NCBI GenBank assembly: GCA_025354165.1
Contig: JANXNI010000061.1
Coordinates: 55,384-119,383, forward strand
Source: Burkholderiales bacterium
GTDB lineage: Bacteria; Pseudomonadota; Gammaproteobacteria; Burkholderiales; Casimicrobiaceae
DNA: 64,000 bases
Direction: 5' to 3'
A program made the position numbers and the translations under genes. The notes under the pieces were generated by a model, which saw only the letters and a list, made by a program, of their open reading frames with translations, made no database searches and was not told where the DNA came from. This document shows positions 29,814-38,140 of the stretch, piece by piece (position 1 is the stretch's first letter; the number at the start of each line of letters is the position of its first letter).

Positions 29814-30239
29814 ATGAGCGACATGATGACGATGGCGGCCCCGGCTGCAGCTGCAGCCCCTGCCAAGAAAAAACCCGCTGCTAAAAAACCAGCCGCAAAA
29901 AAGCCAGCTGCCAAAAAAGCCGCTGCTAAAAAGCCAGCTGCCAAGAAACCAGCAGCCAAGAAACCAGCCGCCAAAAAGCCAGCCGCCAAAAAAGCAGCAG
30001 CCAAAAAGCCAGCCGCAAAAAAAGCAGCTGCTAAAAAGCCAGCCGCAAAAAAAGCAGCAGCCAAAAAGCCAGCCGCAAAAAAAGCAGCCGCCAAAAAGCC
30101 AGCCGCCAAAAAAGCAGTAGCCAAAAAGCCAGCCGCTAAAAAAGCAGCAGCCAAAAAGCCAGCCGCTAAAAAGCCAGCCGCCAAAAAAGCAGCAGCCAAA
30201 AAGCCAGCCGCCAAAAAACCAGCAGCCAAGAAGAAGTAA
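29814..30239 (+). CDS. histone H1-like basic protein, 24 tandem (P/A)AAKK pentamers
   Basis: AGGAG RBS, synonymous variation across the 15-bp repeats, downstream terminator. Confidence 0.9.
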   Translation: MSDMMTMAAPAAAAAPAKKKPAAKKPAAKKPAAKKAAAKKPAAKKPAAKKPAAKKPAAKKAAAKKPAAKKAAAKKPAAKKAAAKKPAAKKAAAKKPAAKKAVAKKPAAKKAAAKKPAAKKPAAKKAAAKKPAAKKPAAKKK

Positions 30240-30269
30240 TCTCCCTACGGAGATTTCTTGCTTCACATT

Positions 30270-30294
30270 AAACGGCGCGGCAACGCGCCGTTTT
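30270..30294 (+). terminator. rho-independent terminator after the H1-like gene
   Basis: AAACGGCGCG-GCAA-CGCGCCGTTTT. Confidence 0.8.
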
Positions 30295-30325
30295 CATTGG
30301 CGCTTAGCAATGTGCGTGTCGTGAC

Positions 30326-30625
30326 GTGCGTTCCAAAATGATTGCTTACGTAACCGAAGCACCTTTCAGATCCTCGTCGAAAAGGACCAACCTCAAAGGT
30401 TCGCCTAAATCAGGCCAAGGCAAGTCGCGTCCGGTGCCGTTTTCTACAACAGCAGTTGCACCACTTGTTATCGCCGCCAGCAAGCCTCGAAACCCCATCG
30501 CGGTGGATGCGTTGCTCAAAAAGTCCGGCCCGCACGACGACAAACGCCGCGCACAGAAAATGCGAGCGCAAGAGCAAATGCAGGTCGGCCTGGATGAAGT
30601 TCGAAAGCGAAGTGCTGACGACTGA
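30326..30625 (+). CDS. small basic hypothetical protein
   Basis: 99 aa ORF filling the gap after the terminator; KPRNPIAV...H-DK-RR stretch looks like a conserved small basic motif; start uncertain. Confidence 0.55.
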   Translation: MRSKMIAYVTEAPFRSSSKRTNLKGSPKSGQGKSRPVPFSTTAVAPLVIAASKPRNPIAVDALLKKSGPHDDKRRAQKMRAQEQMQVGLDEVRKRSADD

Positions 30626-30726
30626 TTCCATTTCTAAATCAATACTGGCTTAGTCGCCATCGCGCTACCGCGCTCACGCACTGTCTGCGGCTCGGCTTCG
30701 TGTCACTATTGATTTAGAAATGGAAT
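30625..30726. repeat. perfect 20-bp inverted repeat flanking a 62-bp spacer
   Basis: ATTCCATTTCTAAATCAATA (30625-30644) and TATTGATTTAGAAATGGAAT (30707-30726). Confidence 0.9.
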
Positions 30727-30898
30727 GAAGGACTACGCGATGGAGCGTGTCGTAGCCGCTGCTCTTTGCCTGTCCTCAGGAAAACCCTCGGCCGCGATTT
30801 TGCTAAACACTCGCCAACGCTCTTGCGGCTGAAGCAGCTGCCCGCTCGGGTTCGAGGTCGCCGCGAGCGCACGACGACCATTCTGGTAGAACCTGACG

Positions 30899-32719
30899 TT
30901 AACGCTTGTGCTTAACGATTTTCTTTGAAGCGATGACGCCACGCTTGCGCACCGGGCCAGCCTGACGTACGGCTTTAACCGTTTTGCCGCCACGTTTTAT
31001 GTAGACCACCCGGCCCGCTTTGGCGCTCGCCACTTGACGCACCGGTGCCGGGCCGGAGACATACAGCACCTGACCTGCGCGGGCGGTTTGTTTTCCCATC
31101 CGATTCCATTGCGCGAGGGTTGCCGGTTTGACACCGTATCGTTTGGCGATACCAGCGAACGTGTCACCGCGACGCACCTTGTGAACACGCGGAGGAACGT
31201 ATTCTGGAAACTTGGTGAACACCGCGTTTTGAATGCTGCCGAGCGCGTCTTCTGAAGGGCCGTCTGTCGGTACCAGCAAGTGATAACCGGCTGGTAGTGT
31301 TGGGGCAACCGAGCGGATGCCGTTGACTGATTTCAATGCGGTGACACTCGTGCCAAAGCGCTGGGCGAGCGCTTCAATCCGATCACCTGATCGCGTGCGG
31401 TAGGCCATCCATGACACACGCGGCTTTTCGTTGGTCTCAAGTCGCGCGAGGAAGGAGTCGGCTTTGTTTGCGGGTAATAACACCTGATATTCGCTACTGC
31501 CACCAATGACCGGGCGGTTGTGTGCGGGGTTGAGCGAGACGAAATCCGCTTCGGTCATCTCAGCAAGCTGCGCCGCGCGCTTCAAATCAATCGGATTGGC
31601 GAGTGTGATCGTTTTGAAATACGGTTCGTTTGGAACGGTGGCGATGGTGATGCCAAACGCTGCCGGATTGCGGATGATGTTCTTGACTGCCTGTAGCTTC
31701 GGCAAATAGTTACGCGTTTCTGCGGGCATGTCGAGCGACAGATACGAGCCATCCATGTTGCGCGCCTTTGCCTTTTGCACAGCCCGGCCCACCGAGCCTT
31801 CGCCCCAGTTGTACGATGCGAGCGCGAGCTGCCAATCGCCAAACATGCCGTGCAAATTGGAAAGATAGTCGAGCGCACCGTTGGTCGCTTTAACGATGTC
31901 GCGCCGCGAGTCGGACCACCAGTCCTGCTTCATGCCATAGCTGGTGCCAGTCGAGGGAATAAATTGCCAGATGCCAGAAGCTTTCGCACTCGAATTTGCG
32001 ATGGGGTTGAACGCGCTCTCGATCATCGGCAAGAGCGCGATCTCAAGCGGCATGCCTCGACGCTCAAGTTCGGTGACGATGTAGAACATGTACTTGCCGG
32101 ATCGATCTACGATGCGTGCCATGTACTCAGGGCGTTCTGAATAAAACTTTTCCCATTTAGTTACCAGCGGATCGTCGAGATCGGGCATGGCGTAACCGGC
32201 ACGAATGCGATCCCACAAATCGCTCGGTGGGAGTTCGGCAATCGGGTCGCCGACCACGCCAATCAGTGGCGCTTCTTTTGTCAATTCGGCCGCTTGTACG
32301 CTTTGCCGGGGAGGCTGGACAGGGGCAGTTGCGCCGACGTTGATCGCCGTCAGTGGCGCGATAATGGATGAAGGCGTCGTCGCTGATTGCGCCGGGGCGG
32401 TGGCCACAGCTGGGGGCATGGCATAGGCGCTTAGCGCGGGCACGGTGGCCTGCTGATCGGCATTGTTGGTCGGCCGTGCCACGGCGGCACCGCTAAGCGC
32501 GCCCGCCGTGATAGCGGTTGTGATGCTCGCGGTGTCCGATTGAACTTGCGCGGACGCATTGCCCATCATGATCGCGCCACAAAGCGCCGCCATCGCCAGG
32601 GGGGACGTTTTACATTGAGTGGGGAATTGACCGAGTGCTGCGGGGGCCCCATGCGGGCTGGCAAGGGCGGAAAGAATTGAGCGGCGAAGTAACGTGAAAT
32701 GGGTGTGTATGCGTTGCAC
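30899..32719 (-). CDS. mltD: membrane-bound lytic murein transglycosylase D (SLT + LysM domains)
   Basis: LPMIESAF, GIWQFIPSTG, ASYNWGEG, ETRNY, two LysM repeats; next to gloB; start uncertain. Confidence 0.92.
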   Translation of the reverse strand: MQRIHTHFTLLRRSILSALASPHGAPAALGQFPTQCKTSPLAMAALCGAIMMGNASAQVQSDTASITTAITAGALSGAAVARPTNNADQQATVPALSAYAMPPAVATAPAQSATTPSSIIAPLTAINVGATAPVQPPRQSVQAAELTKEAPLIGVVGDPIAELPPSDLWDRIRAGYAMPDLDDPLVTKWEKFYSERPEYMARIVDRSGKYMFYIVTELERRGMPLEIALLPMIESAFNPIANSSAKASGIWQFIPSTGTSYGMKQDWWSDSRRDIVKATNGALDYLSNLHGMFGDWQLALASYNWGEGSVGRAVQKAKARNMDGSYLSLDMPAETRNYLPKLQAVKNIIRNPAAFGITIATVPNEPYFKTITLANPIDLKRAAQLAEMTEADFVSLNPAHNRPVIGGSSEYQVLLPANKADSFLARLETNEKPRVSWMAYRTRSGDRIEALAQRFGTSVTALKSVNGIRSVAPTLPAGYHLLVPTDGPSEDALGSIQNAVFTKFPEYVPPRVHKVRRGDTFAGIAKRYGVKPATLAQWNRMGKQTARAGQVLYVSGPAPVRQVASAKAGRVVYIKRGGKTVKAVRQAGPVRKRGVIASKKIVKHKR

Positions 32720-32868
32720 GCTTCATCCTAAACAAAAAATGGTGTTAGTCAGTGAATCAACGAACCTGATTGATGACTCAATCAGGTGTGCGTGAACTAA
32801 CCAAAAATCTCGCGCGATGCTACTCATTTAGCGGGCTGAGGTCAAATGCGCTGACGCAAACGCCATCA

Positions 32869-33666
32869 TCAGCGATAGTCGTTTTTCCATTGTCGCAACA
32901 CCGCAAACACGTCGGTCGGAGTCGACAATTCAGCGGGCTGCGCATGTGCGTGATCGCGCGCGCTGTGTATTAGCGCGGGTTCGGCACAGCGCAAAAAAGG
33001 GTTGGTCGCACGCTCGAGTGCGATGTTTGACGGCAACGTTGGAACGCCGCGCGAGCGCCGTTCTTGTTCAACAAAGCTGCGCTCGACGAGCTCGCCGTTA
33101 TCACCATCCACGGCAAGCGCAAAGCGCAGATTCGACAACGTGTATTCATGCGTACAAAAGACGCGTGAAGTGTCCGGCAACGCCGCCAGTCGCATCAGCG
33201 AAGTGTGCAATTGCTGGGCCGTACCTTCAAATAGGCGGCCGCAACCCGCTGCGAACAAAGTGTCACCACAAAACAAAATGTCACCGCTCACGTAGGCGAT
33301 GTGTCCGCTCGTGTGACCTGGTACTTCCATCACGCGAAAGGGTTCCGAGACAAAATTCGGCAGTGCAACGTGATCGTTTTCGCGCAGTGCATGCGTCACG
33401 CCCTTGATATTTTCCGCTGCCGGACCGTACACGGGAACGGGCCAGCGCGCCGTGAGCGCCGCAATACCGCCGACGTGATCCGCATGGTGATGCGTGATGA
33501 GAATCGCATCGAGCGTCAAATGGCGTGCCGCCAAAAACGCGATCACAGGTGCCGCATCGCCCGGATCCACCACGACACAATGATCGTCACGCAGCAACGC
33601 CCAGATATAGTTGTCGGCAAATGCCGGAATCGGCACAATTTCGAGCATCGAATTTTTGGTAGACAT
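32869..33666 (-). CDS. gloB: hydroxyacylglutathione hydrolase
   Basis: THHHADHVGG, PGHTSGH, GDTLF and HEYT motifs. Confidence 0.96.
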   Translation of the reverse strand: MSTKNSMLEIVPIPAFADNYIWALLRDDHCVVVDPGDAAPVIAFLAARHLTLDAILITHHHADHVGGIAALTARWPVPVYGPAAENIKGVTHALRENDHVALPNFVSEPFRVMEVPGHTSGHIAYVSGDILFCGDTLFAAGCGRLFEGTAQQLHTSLMRLAALPDTSRVFCTHEYTLSNLRFALAVDGDNGELVERSFVEQERRSRGVPTLPSNIALERATNPFLRCAEPALIHSARDHAHAQPAELSTPTDVFAVLRQWKNDYR

Positions 33667-34427
33667 TGGACTCTTCGACTTTACCGACAGACTTGGAAAC
33701 TTTTGACGAGTGGCTCGATACGCCGCTAGGTCATTATGTGGTCGCGCGCGAACAGGCGATTTACGACCGTGTGCTGCCTGATCTCTTTGGATTTTATGCG
33801 TTGCAAATGGGCGCAGCTACGGTGCCCCTTTTACAGACCAGCCGCGTGACGCACAAGTTCACTTTGGCGTGGGACACGACGGCCTTGTTGCTCGCCGAGC
33901 CCGACCAATTGCCATTTGCCGAAAATCAGTTTGACGTGATCGTGTTGCCGCACACGCTGGAGTTTCAGGCGCTGCCGCATGAGGTGTTGCGCGAGGCGTT
34001 TCGGGTGTTGCGGCCCGAGGGAAGGCTATTGATTTCGGGCTTCAATCCGTATTCTTTGTTTGGCGTAAAGCGTTATTTTGGGCGTGATCGACGCGGCCCG
34101 TGGGGCGGTGAATTTATATCGTTATCGCGCGCCAAGGACTGGCTCACGCTGTTGGGTTTTGATCTGGTCGACGCGCAGCTCGATTGCTTCAATTTGCCTG
34201 CACAAAATGAGAAGACGCTGCAGCGGCTCGCGGGACTTGAGCGCGCGGGTGATAGCTGGTGGCCATTTGCGGGCGGCGTGTATTTTTTGCACGCAGTGAA
34301 GCGGGTGGCCGGGGTTCGTCTGATCAAACCGGATTGGGCGCGGGCGGGTCGCCGTAAACGCGCCGCAGCCGCCGTTCCAACTCGGGCCCATAAAGAATTG
34401 AATTTGACTCAGAACGATAAGAAATAG
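33666..34427 (+). CDS. class I SAM-dependent methyltransferase (YafS-like)
   Basis: LPHTLEF, LRPEG, FNPYSL; conserved position between gloB and rnhA. Confidence 0.88.
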   Translation: MDSSTLPTDLETFDEWLDTPLGHYVVAREQAIYDRVLPDLFGFYALQMGAATVPLLQTSRVTHKFTLAWDTTALLLAEPDQLPFAENQFDVIVLPHTLEFQALPHEVLREAFRVLRPEGRLLISGFNPYSLFGVKRYFGRDRRGPWGGEFISLSRAKDWLTLLGFDLVDAQLDCFNLPAQNEKTLQRLAGLERAGDSWWPFAGGVYFLHAVKRVAGVRLIKPDWARAGRRKRAAAAVPTRAHKELNLTQNDKK

Positions 34428-34862
34428 ATGCAAGAACCCGAAGTCATTATCTACACCGATGGCGCCTGCAAAGGCAACCCCGGCCCCGGCGGTTGGGGCG
34501 TGCTCATGATCGCAGGTGTTCATCGTCGTGAGCTGTGTGGCGGTGAACGTTTGACCACCAACAATCGCATGGAGTTGATGGCAGCGATTGAGGCGCTGCG
34601 GGCACTCAAGCGCAGAAGCAGCGTGCGACTGATCACCGACTCAAGTTATGTGAAGCAGGGCATCGAAACCTGGATTCACGGCTGGAAGAGGAACGGCTGG
34701 CGCACGGCGGCTAAAGCGCCAGTCAAAAACTGCGACCTGTGGCAGGCGCTGGATGAGCTCAACGCCGCGCACGACGTTGAGTGGCGTTGGGTCAAGGGAC
34801 ACTCCGGCGATCCGGGCAATGAGCGGGCCGATCAGCTGTCGAATGACGGGATTCCGAATTAG
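34428..34862 (+). CDS. rnhA: ribonuclease HI
   Basis: [24 protein letters not shown] and WVKGHSG...NERAD motifs. Confidence 0.98.
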   Translation: MQEPEVIIYTDGACKGNPGPGGWGVLMIAGVHRRELCGGERLTTNNRMELMAAIEALRALKRRSSVRLITDSSYVKQGIETWIHGWKRNGWRTAAKAPVKNCDLWQALDELNAAHDVEWRWVKGHSGDPGNERADQLSNDGIPN

Positions 34863-34868
34863 CGTTGC

Positions 34869-35537
34869 TTAGCCGGTTGTCGCGAAAAGTGCTTGCTCAA
34901 TGCCATCAACGGTACTGATCGAGCCGCACATTTGTGCAACGTATTTCAACGCGAAGCGGTGCTCATCCTCGCTGTAGTCGCCCAACGCATCGGCCACCAG
35001 CGTCATCTGAAAATTGCGCATGTAGCCGTCGATGGTCGAAACCATCACGCCGTGATGCGCAAACACGCCGCACACCACGACCTGGTCGCGATTCATCTTG
35101 CGCAGCAGTTCTTCGAGCGGCGTTTTGAAGAATGCACTGTGGCGTGATTTTTCGATCAGATAGGATTCAGCGTCGGGCGCAACTGCATTGGCGATTTCGC
35201 AATCATGTTCAGTGACGTGAGCGGCGTTGAGGCCATCGCCCCAAACTGTCAGGCCAAGTCCTCGCTCAAACCGCGTTTGCGCCCGCTCGCCTCGGCAATA
35301 CACCACGGGCAACCTTGCATCGCGAAACGGTTTCAGCAGGCGCGCTACCGGGTTGATCACCGAATCTTTGTCCTCAAACAAATCGAGCCAATAGTTTTGC
35401 ATGTCATGCACCAGAAGCACGGCGCGATCCAGCGACAGCGGCCAGGTGATTTTGTTGTAAGCCAGACATTCGCTCGACGGTAGCGTGTATGGCGTGATCG
35501 GCACGCGGGCGAGGCTGCGGTGGGTGTTCATGGTCAT
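34869..35537 (-). CDS. isochorismatase, EntB/PhzD-like, stand-alone
   Basis: AVLLVHDMQNY, KSRHSAFF and CGVFAHHGV resemble PhzD/EntB; no aryl-carrier domain. Confidence 0.85.
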   Translation of the reverse strand: MTMNTHRSLARVPITPYTLPSSECLAYNKITWPLSLDRAVLLVHDMQNYWLDLFEDKDSVINPVARLLKPFRDARLPVVYCRGERAQTRFERGLGLTVWGDGLNAAHVTEHDCEIANAVAPDAESYLIEKSRHSAFFKTPLEELLRKMNRDQVVVCGVFAHHGVMVSTIDGYMRNFQMTLVADALGDYSEDEHRFALKYVAQMCGSISTVDGIEQALFATTG

Positions 35538-35722
35538 GCGTGGCGCGCTCCGTTGTTTGCAGGATTGTCGATCCGGAAAAACCGAATGCCCTGAATGCTA
35601 CGAGGCGGACGCAGCGCACTCAGTGACAAGGGCCGTCCAGCGACGAGGGCGAAGCGGTGTCGGTCATCATAGCCGCAGGTATTTCACGCTTTCTTGTATT
35701 TTTTGCGCATCGCGATCCGATA

Positions 35723-35837
35723 CAGCTTTTTCTTGTAATGACGTATTCATAGGGGCTAGGCGCAAATTAACCCAATAGTCGATAAAGTGAAATTATTCGA
35801 ATAAGCCCCGATGCAGCAGTCGTTTCAATAAAAAGCT
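35723..35837. repeat. 116-bp symmetric intergenic element, copy 4 (115 bp; radC-isochorismatase)
   Basis: CAGCTTTTT 35723, GGGGCT 35752, TCGA 35779, AGCCCC 35804-35809, TAAAAGCTG 35829-35837; 1 nt shorter in the last spacer. Confidence 0.9.
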
Positions 35838-35844
35838 GATAGTG

Positions 35845-36531
35845 CTACATATCCCCCATCATTGCCATTGAGCGCACCGCCGAATGCGTCTCGCCACGAC
35901 CGACGATGCAGTGATCAAGGACGGTGACATCGACCAGCGCCAGCGCACTCTTGAGCACCTGCGTCAATGAGCGATCCGCCTGACTGGGGGCCGTCGAGCC
36001 GGACGGATGATTGTGCGCAAGGATCACGGCCGCGGCGTTTTTCGCGAGCGCGGCACGTACCACTTCGCGTGGATAAACGCTCGTCTGCGTGAGCGTGCCA
36101 CGAAATAGTATCTGCATTTCAATCAGGCGATGCTGCGCGTCGAGCCACAACGCGACGAATACTTCCACGCGTTCATGCCCTAGCGACAGACGCAGGTAGT
36201 CTTTCACGATGTCCGGCGTATTGAGCACCGGCCGTTCGCTCATCGCGCTCGCCAGCGCGCGCCGCGCCAGCTCAATGCTCGCCTGAAACTGCACAAATTT
36301 CGCCTCACCCATGCCATGCACCGCGCAAAATTCATCGTGCGGCGCAGACACGATGCCAGCGACTGAGCCAAAGCGTTGCAGCAGTTCGCGCGCCAGTTCG
36401 ACCGCGCTTTTTCCGACTACTCCCACTCGCAAAAAGATGGCCAGCAATTCCGCATCGCTCAAGGCATCGGCACCCAGCGCCAGCAGCTTCTCGCGAGGGC
36501 GGTCGTCGGTGGGCCAGTCTTTGATGCTCAT
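35845..36531 (-). CDS. radC: RadC/JAB-domain protein (full-length chromosomal type)
   Basis: [27 protein letters not shown] and LDH motifs. Confidence 0.95.
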   Translation of the reverse strand: MSIKDWPTDDRPREKLLALGADALSDAELLAIFLRVGVVGKSAVELARELLQRFGSVAGIVSAPHDEFCAVHGMGEAKFVQFQASIELARRALASAMSERPVLNTPDIVKDYLRLSLGHERVEVFVALWLDAQHRLIEMQILFRGTLTQTSVYPREVVRAALAKNAAAVILAHNHPSGSTAPSQADRSLTQVLKSALALVDVTVLDHCIVGRGETHSAVRSMAMMGDM

Positions 36532-36549
36532 GATTCGCTCTCCGAACAG

Positions 36550-37101
36550 CTAGCTCTTAAACTTGGTGCGCAGCCAGTCGAGCACCGCGCGTTGATCGGT
36601 GGCCGTCGCACGGCGCACTTGAACGAGGAGTTTCTGCAAATCAGGCCGTGGCAATGTGATGTTTGTCGCGCCCTCATTACACACCGAACAGATGGCACGA
36701 AGGTTCGCTGGTTCGTCGCTGCCGCCGAGACTTTTGTCGATGATATGGCCGATATGCAATCGTGTTTTGCGACCCGGATCAAACGGATGCGGTTCGCCCG
36801 CAACGGCACCGCACATCTGGCAGGTAAATCCGTTGCGATCCAGAATAAAAGCGCGTGTTTCCTTGCTCATTTCGCGAGCGAATGCAGGCCGCGGCTTCGG
36901 GTTATCGAGCACGTATTCACCGGGCTTCAGATCATCGCGATCATTGTGCGTGAGAATCTGAAAGCCTTCTTCGTTGCGTAATTCGCGGACGCGGCGCGCC
37001 CATTCGCTGATGCCGCCAGCGACGCGCTGCAGTTCCTCAGTCGCCATTACTCGCCCGAGGTTGGACAAAAAGTGTGCGCGGAGTTGGTCACGAGCTCCCA
37101 T
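36550..37101 (-). CDS. HNH endonuclease, probable restriction component
   Basis: CQMC...HIGHIIDKSLGGSDEPANLRAICSVCN (Zn-binding HNH); 6 nt downstream of a C5 MTase. Confidence 0.85.
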   Translation of the reverse strand: MGARDQLRAHFLSNLGRVMATEELQRVAGGISEWARRVRELRNEEGFQILTHNDRDDLKPGEYVLDNPKPRPAFAREMSKETRAFILDRNGFTCQMCGAVAGEPHPFDPGRKTRLHIGHIIDKSLGGSDEPANLRAICSVCNEGATNITLPRPDLQKLLVQVRRATATDQRAVLDWLRTKFKS

Positions 37102-37107
37102 GAAACG

Positions 37108-38076
37108 CTACGCCGCTACCAGTGAGTTTGAGCGCATCGCCGCGATTGCCTGCGCATTGAGCGCACGGGCAACGCTTTCGCCCACGGCCCTCGCCACCGG
37201 TGGTGGAAACGCGTTGCCGATCTGGCGATAGGCGGGTGTTTTCTTGCCGACGAATGTCCACTCGTCCGGAAAGCCTTGCACACGGGCACACATGCGCACC
37301 GTGAGCTTGGGCATGCCAACAAAATCAGGCTCAGGAGGTTCGTTCGCAATGCCTCGCCCATCGACGCCAAGCACTTGCCACGCAGCACGGGCGCGGGTTG
37401 GCCCAAGATCAGGCCCGCCGTGCTTTTTACTGCCGCCGACGAGCGTTGGCGCAATTTGGCAGGCGCGCTTTGACCACGCCTGCGCACCGCGCCAACTGTT
37501 AGCCGCCATCAAATCAACCAATAGCTCGCCCACGGAGGGTGCGAGACGCATCGAAGGCGCTGGCCATGAAAAGTGCTTGGCAAGCTCATGTTTGAGCGCC
37601 ACAAAAATGACGCGCGGACGCAACTGTGAAACTCCGAAATCAGCGGAGTTCAACAAATGCCAGCCGCTCCAGTAGCCCAGAGCATGTAGTTCAGCGGATA
37701 TTGATTCCCTGTATTCACTAAACACTGGATCAAGCAACCCACGGACATTTTCGAGAATGACCGCGTTGGGGCGGGCCTCGTCAACGATACGCACGGCCTC
37801 AGGAAAGAGATTCCGCTCATCGTCGGCACCAAGCTGCTTACCTGCTTTGGAGAACGGCGGACAGGGCACGCCCCCGGCAACCAAATCAATGCCGCGATAA
37901 GCGGTCGCATTAAATTGCGTCAGATCACCTTCAGTCACATTCCAGCGCGGGCGATTAGCGCGCAGTGTCGCGCAAGCGGGGCCATCAATCTCCACGAGGT
38001 TCGCGTGATTGAAGCCCGCCATTTCAAGCCCAAGCGCTTGACCGCCACCGCCTGCACAAAGCTCAAGAGAGTCCAT
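37108..38076 (-). CDS. DNA (cytosine-5) methyltransferase, M.NgoMIV/M.NaeI-like
   Basis: CAGGGG (motif I), GGVPCPPFS (IV), ENVRG (VI), QLRPR (VIII), RQIGNAFPP (X); TRD APTLVGGSKKHGGPDLGPTRARAAW matches my recollection of M.NgoMIV; start ATG 38076. Confidence 0.93.
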   Translation of the reverse strand: MDSLELCAGGGGQALGLEMAGFNHANLVEIDGPACATLRANRPRWNVTEGDLTQFNATAYRGIDLVAGGVPCPPFSKAGKQLGADDERNLFPEAVRIVDEARPNAVILENVRGLLDPVFSEYRESISAELHALGYWSGWHLLNSADFGVSQLRPRVIFVALKHELAKHFSWPAPSMRLAPSVGELLVDLMAANSWRGAQAWSKRACQIAPTLVGGSKKHGGPDLGPTRARAAWQVLGVDGRGIANEPPEPDFVGMPKLTVRMCARVQGFPDEWTFVGKKTPAYRQIGNAFPPPVARAVGESVARALNAQAIAAMRSNSLVAA

Positions 38077-38140
38077 TTTGCAATTATGTACGCAAATACA
38101 GTATTTGCCAAATTTTCGGCACTCGTATTTGTAGTGAGAA

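Noticed and set aside
29778-30266. Minus-strand repeat ORFs (GFLAA / GWLF repeats), and the 15-bp tandem repeat as a possible CRISPR or VNTR array
   Set aside because: Antisense shadows of the PAAKK gene, which has the RBS and terminator. There are no unique spacers, so it is not CRISPR.
30733-30993. 86-aa minus-strand ORF after mltD
   Set aside because: Overlaps the mltD 3' end, with no recognisable motif or RBS.
35538-35722. Riboswitch (e.g. guanidine-II) upstream of the isochorismatase
   Set aside because: Only one weak GGACGGCC hairpin; the paired ACGR-loop architecture is absent.
35667-35750. 27-aa minus-strand ORF MNTSLQEKAVSDRDAQKIQESVKYLRL as a leader or RiPP precursor
   Set aside because: No Shine-Dalgarno sequence, it starts inside 116-bp element copy 4, and no modifying enzymes are nearby.
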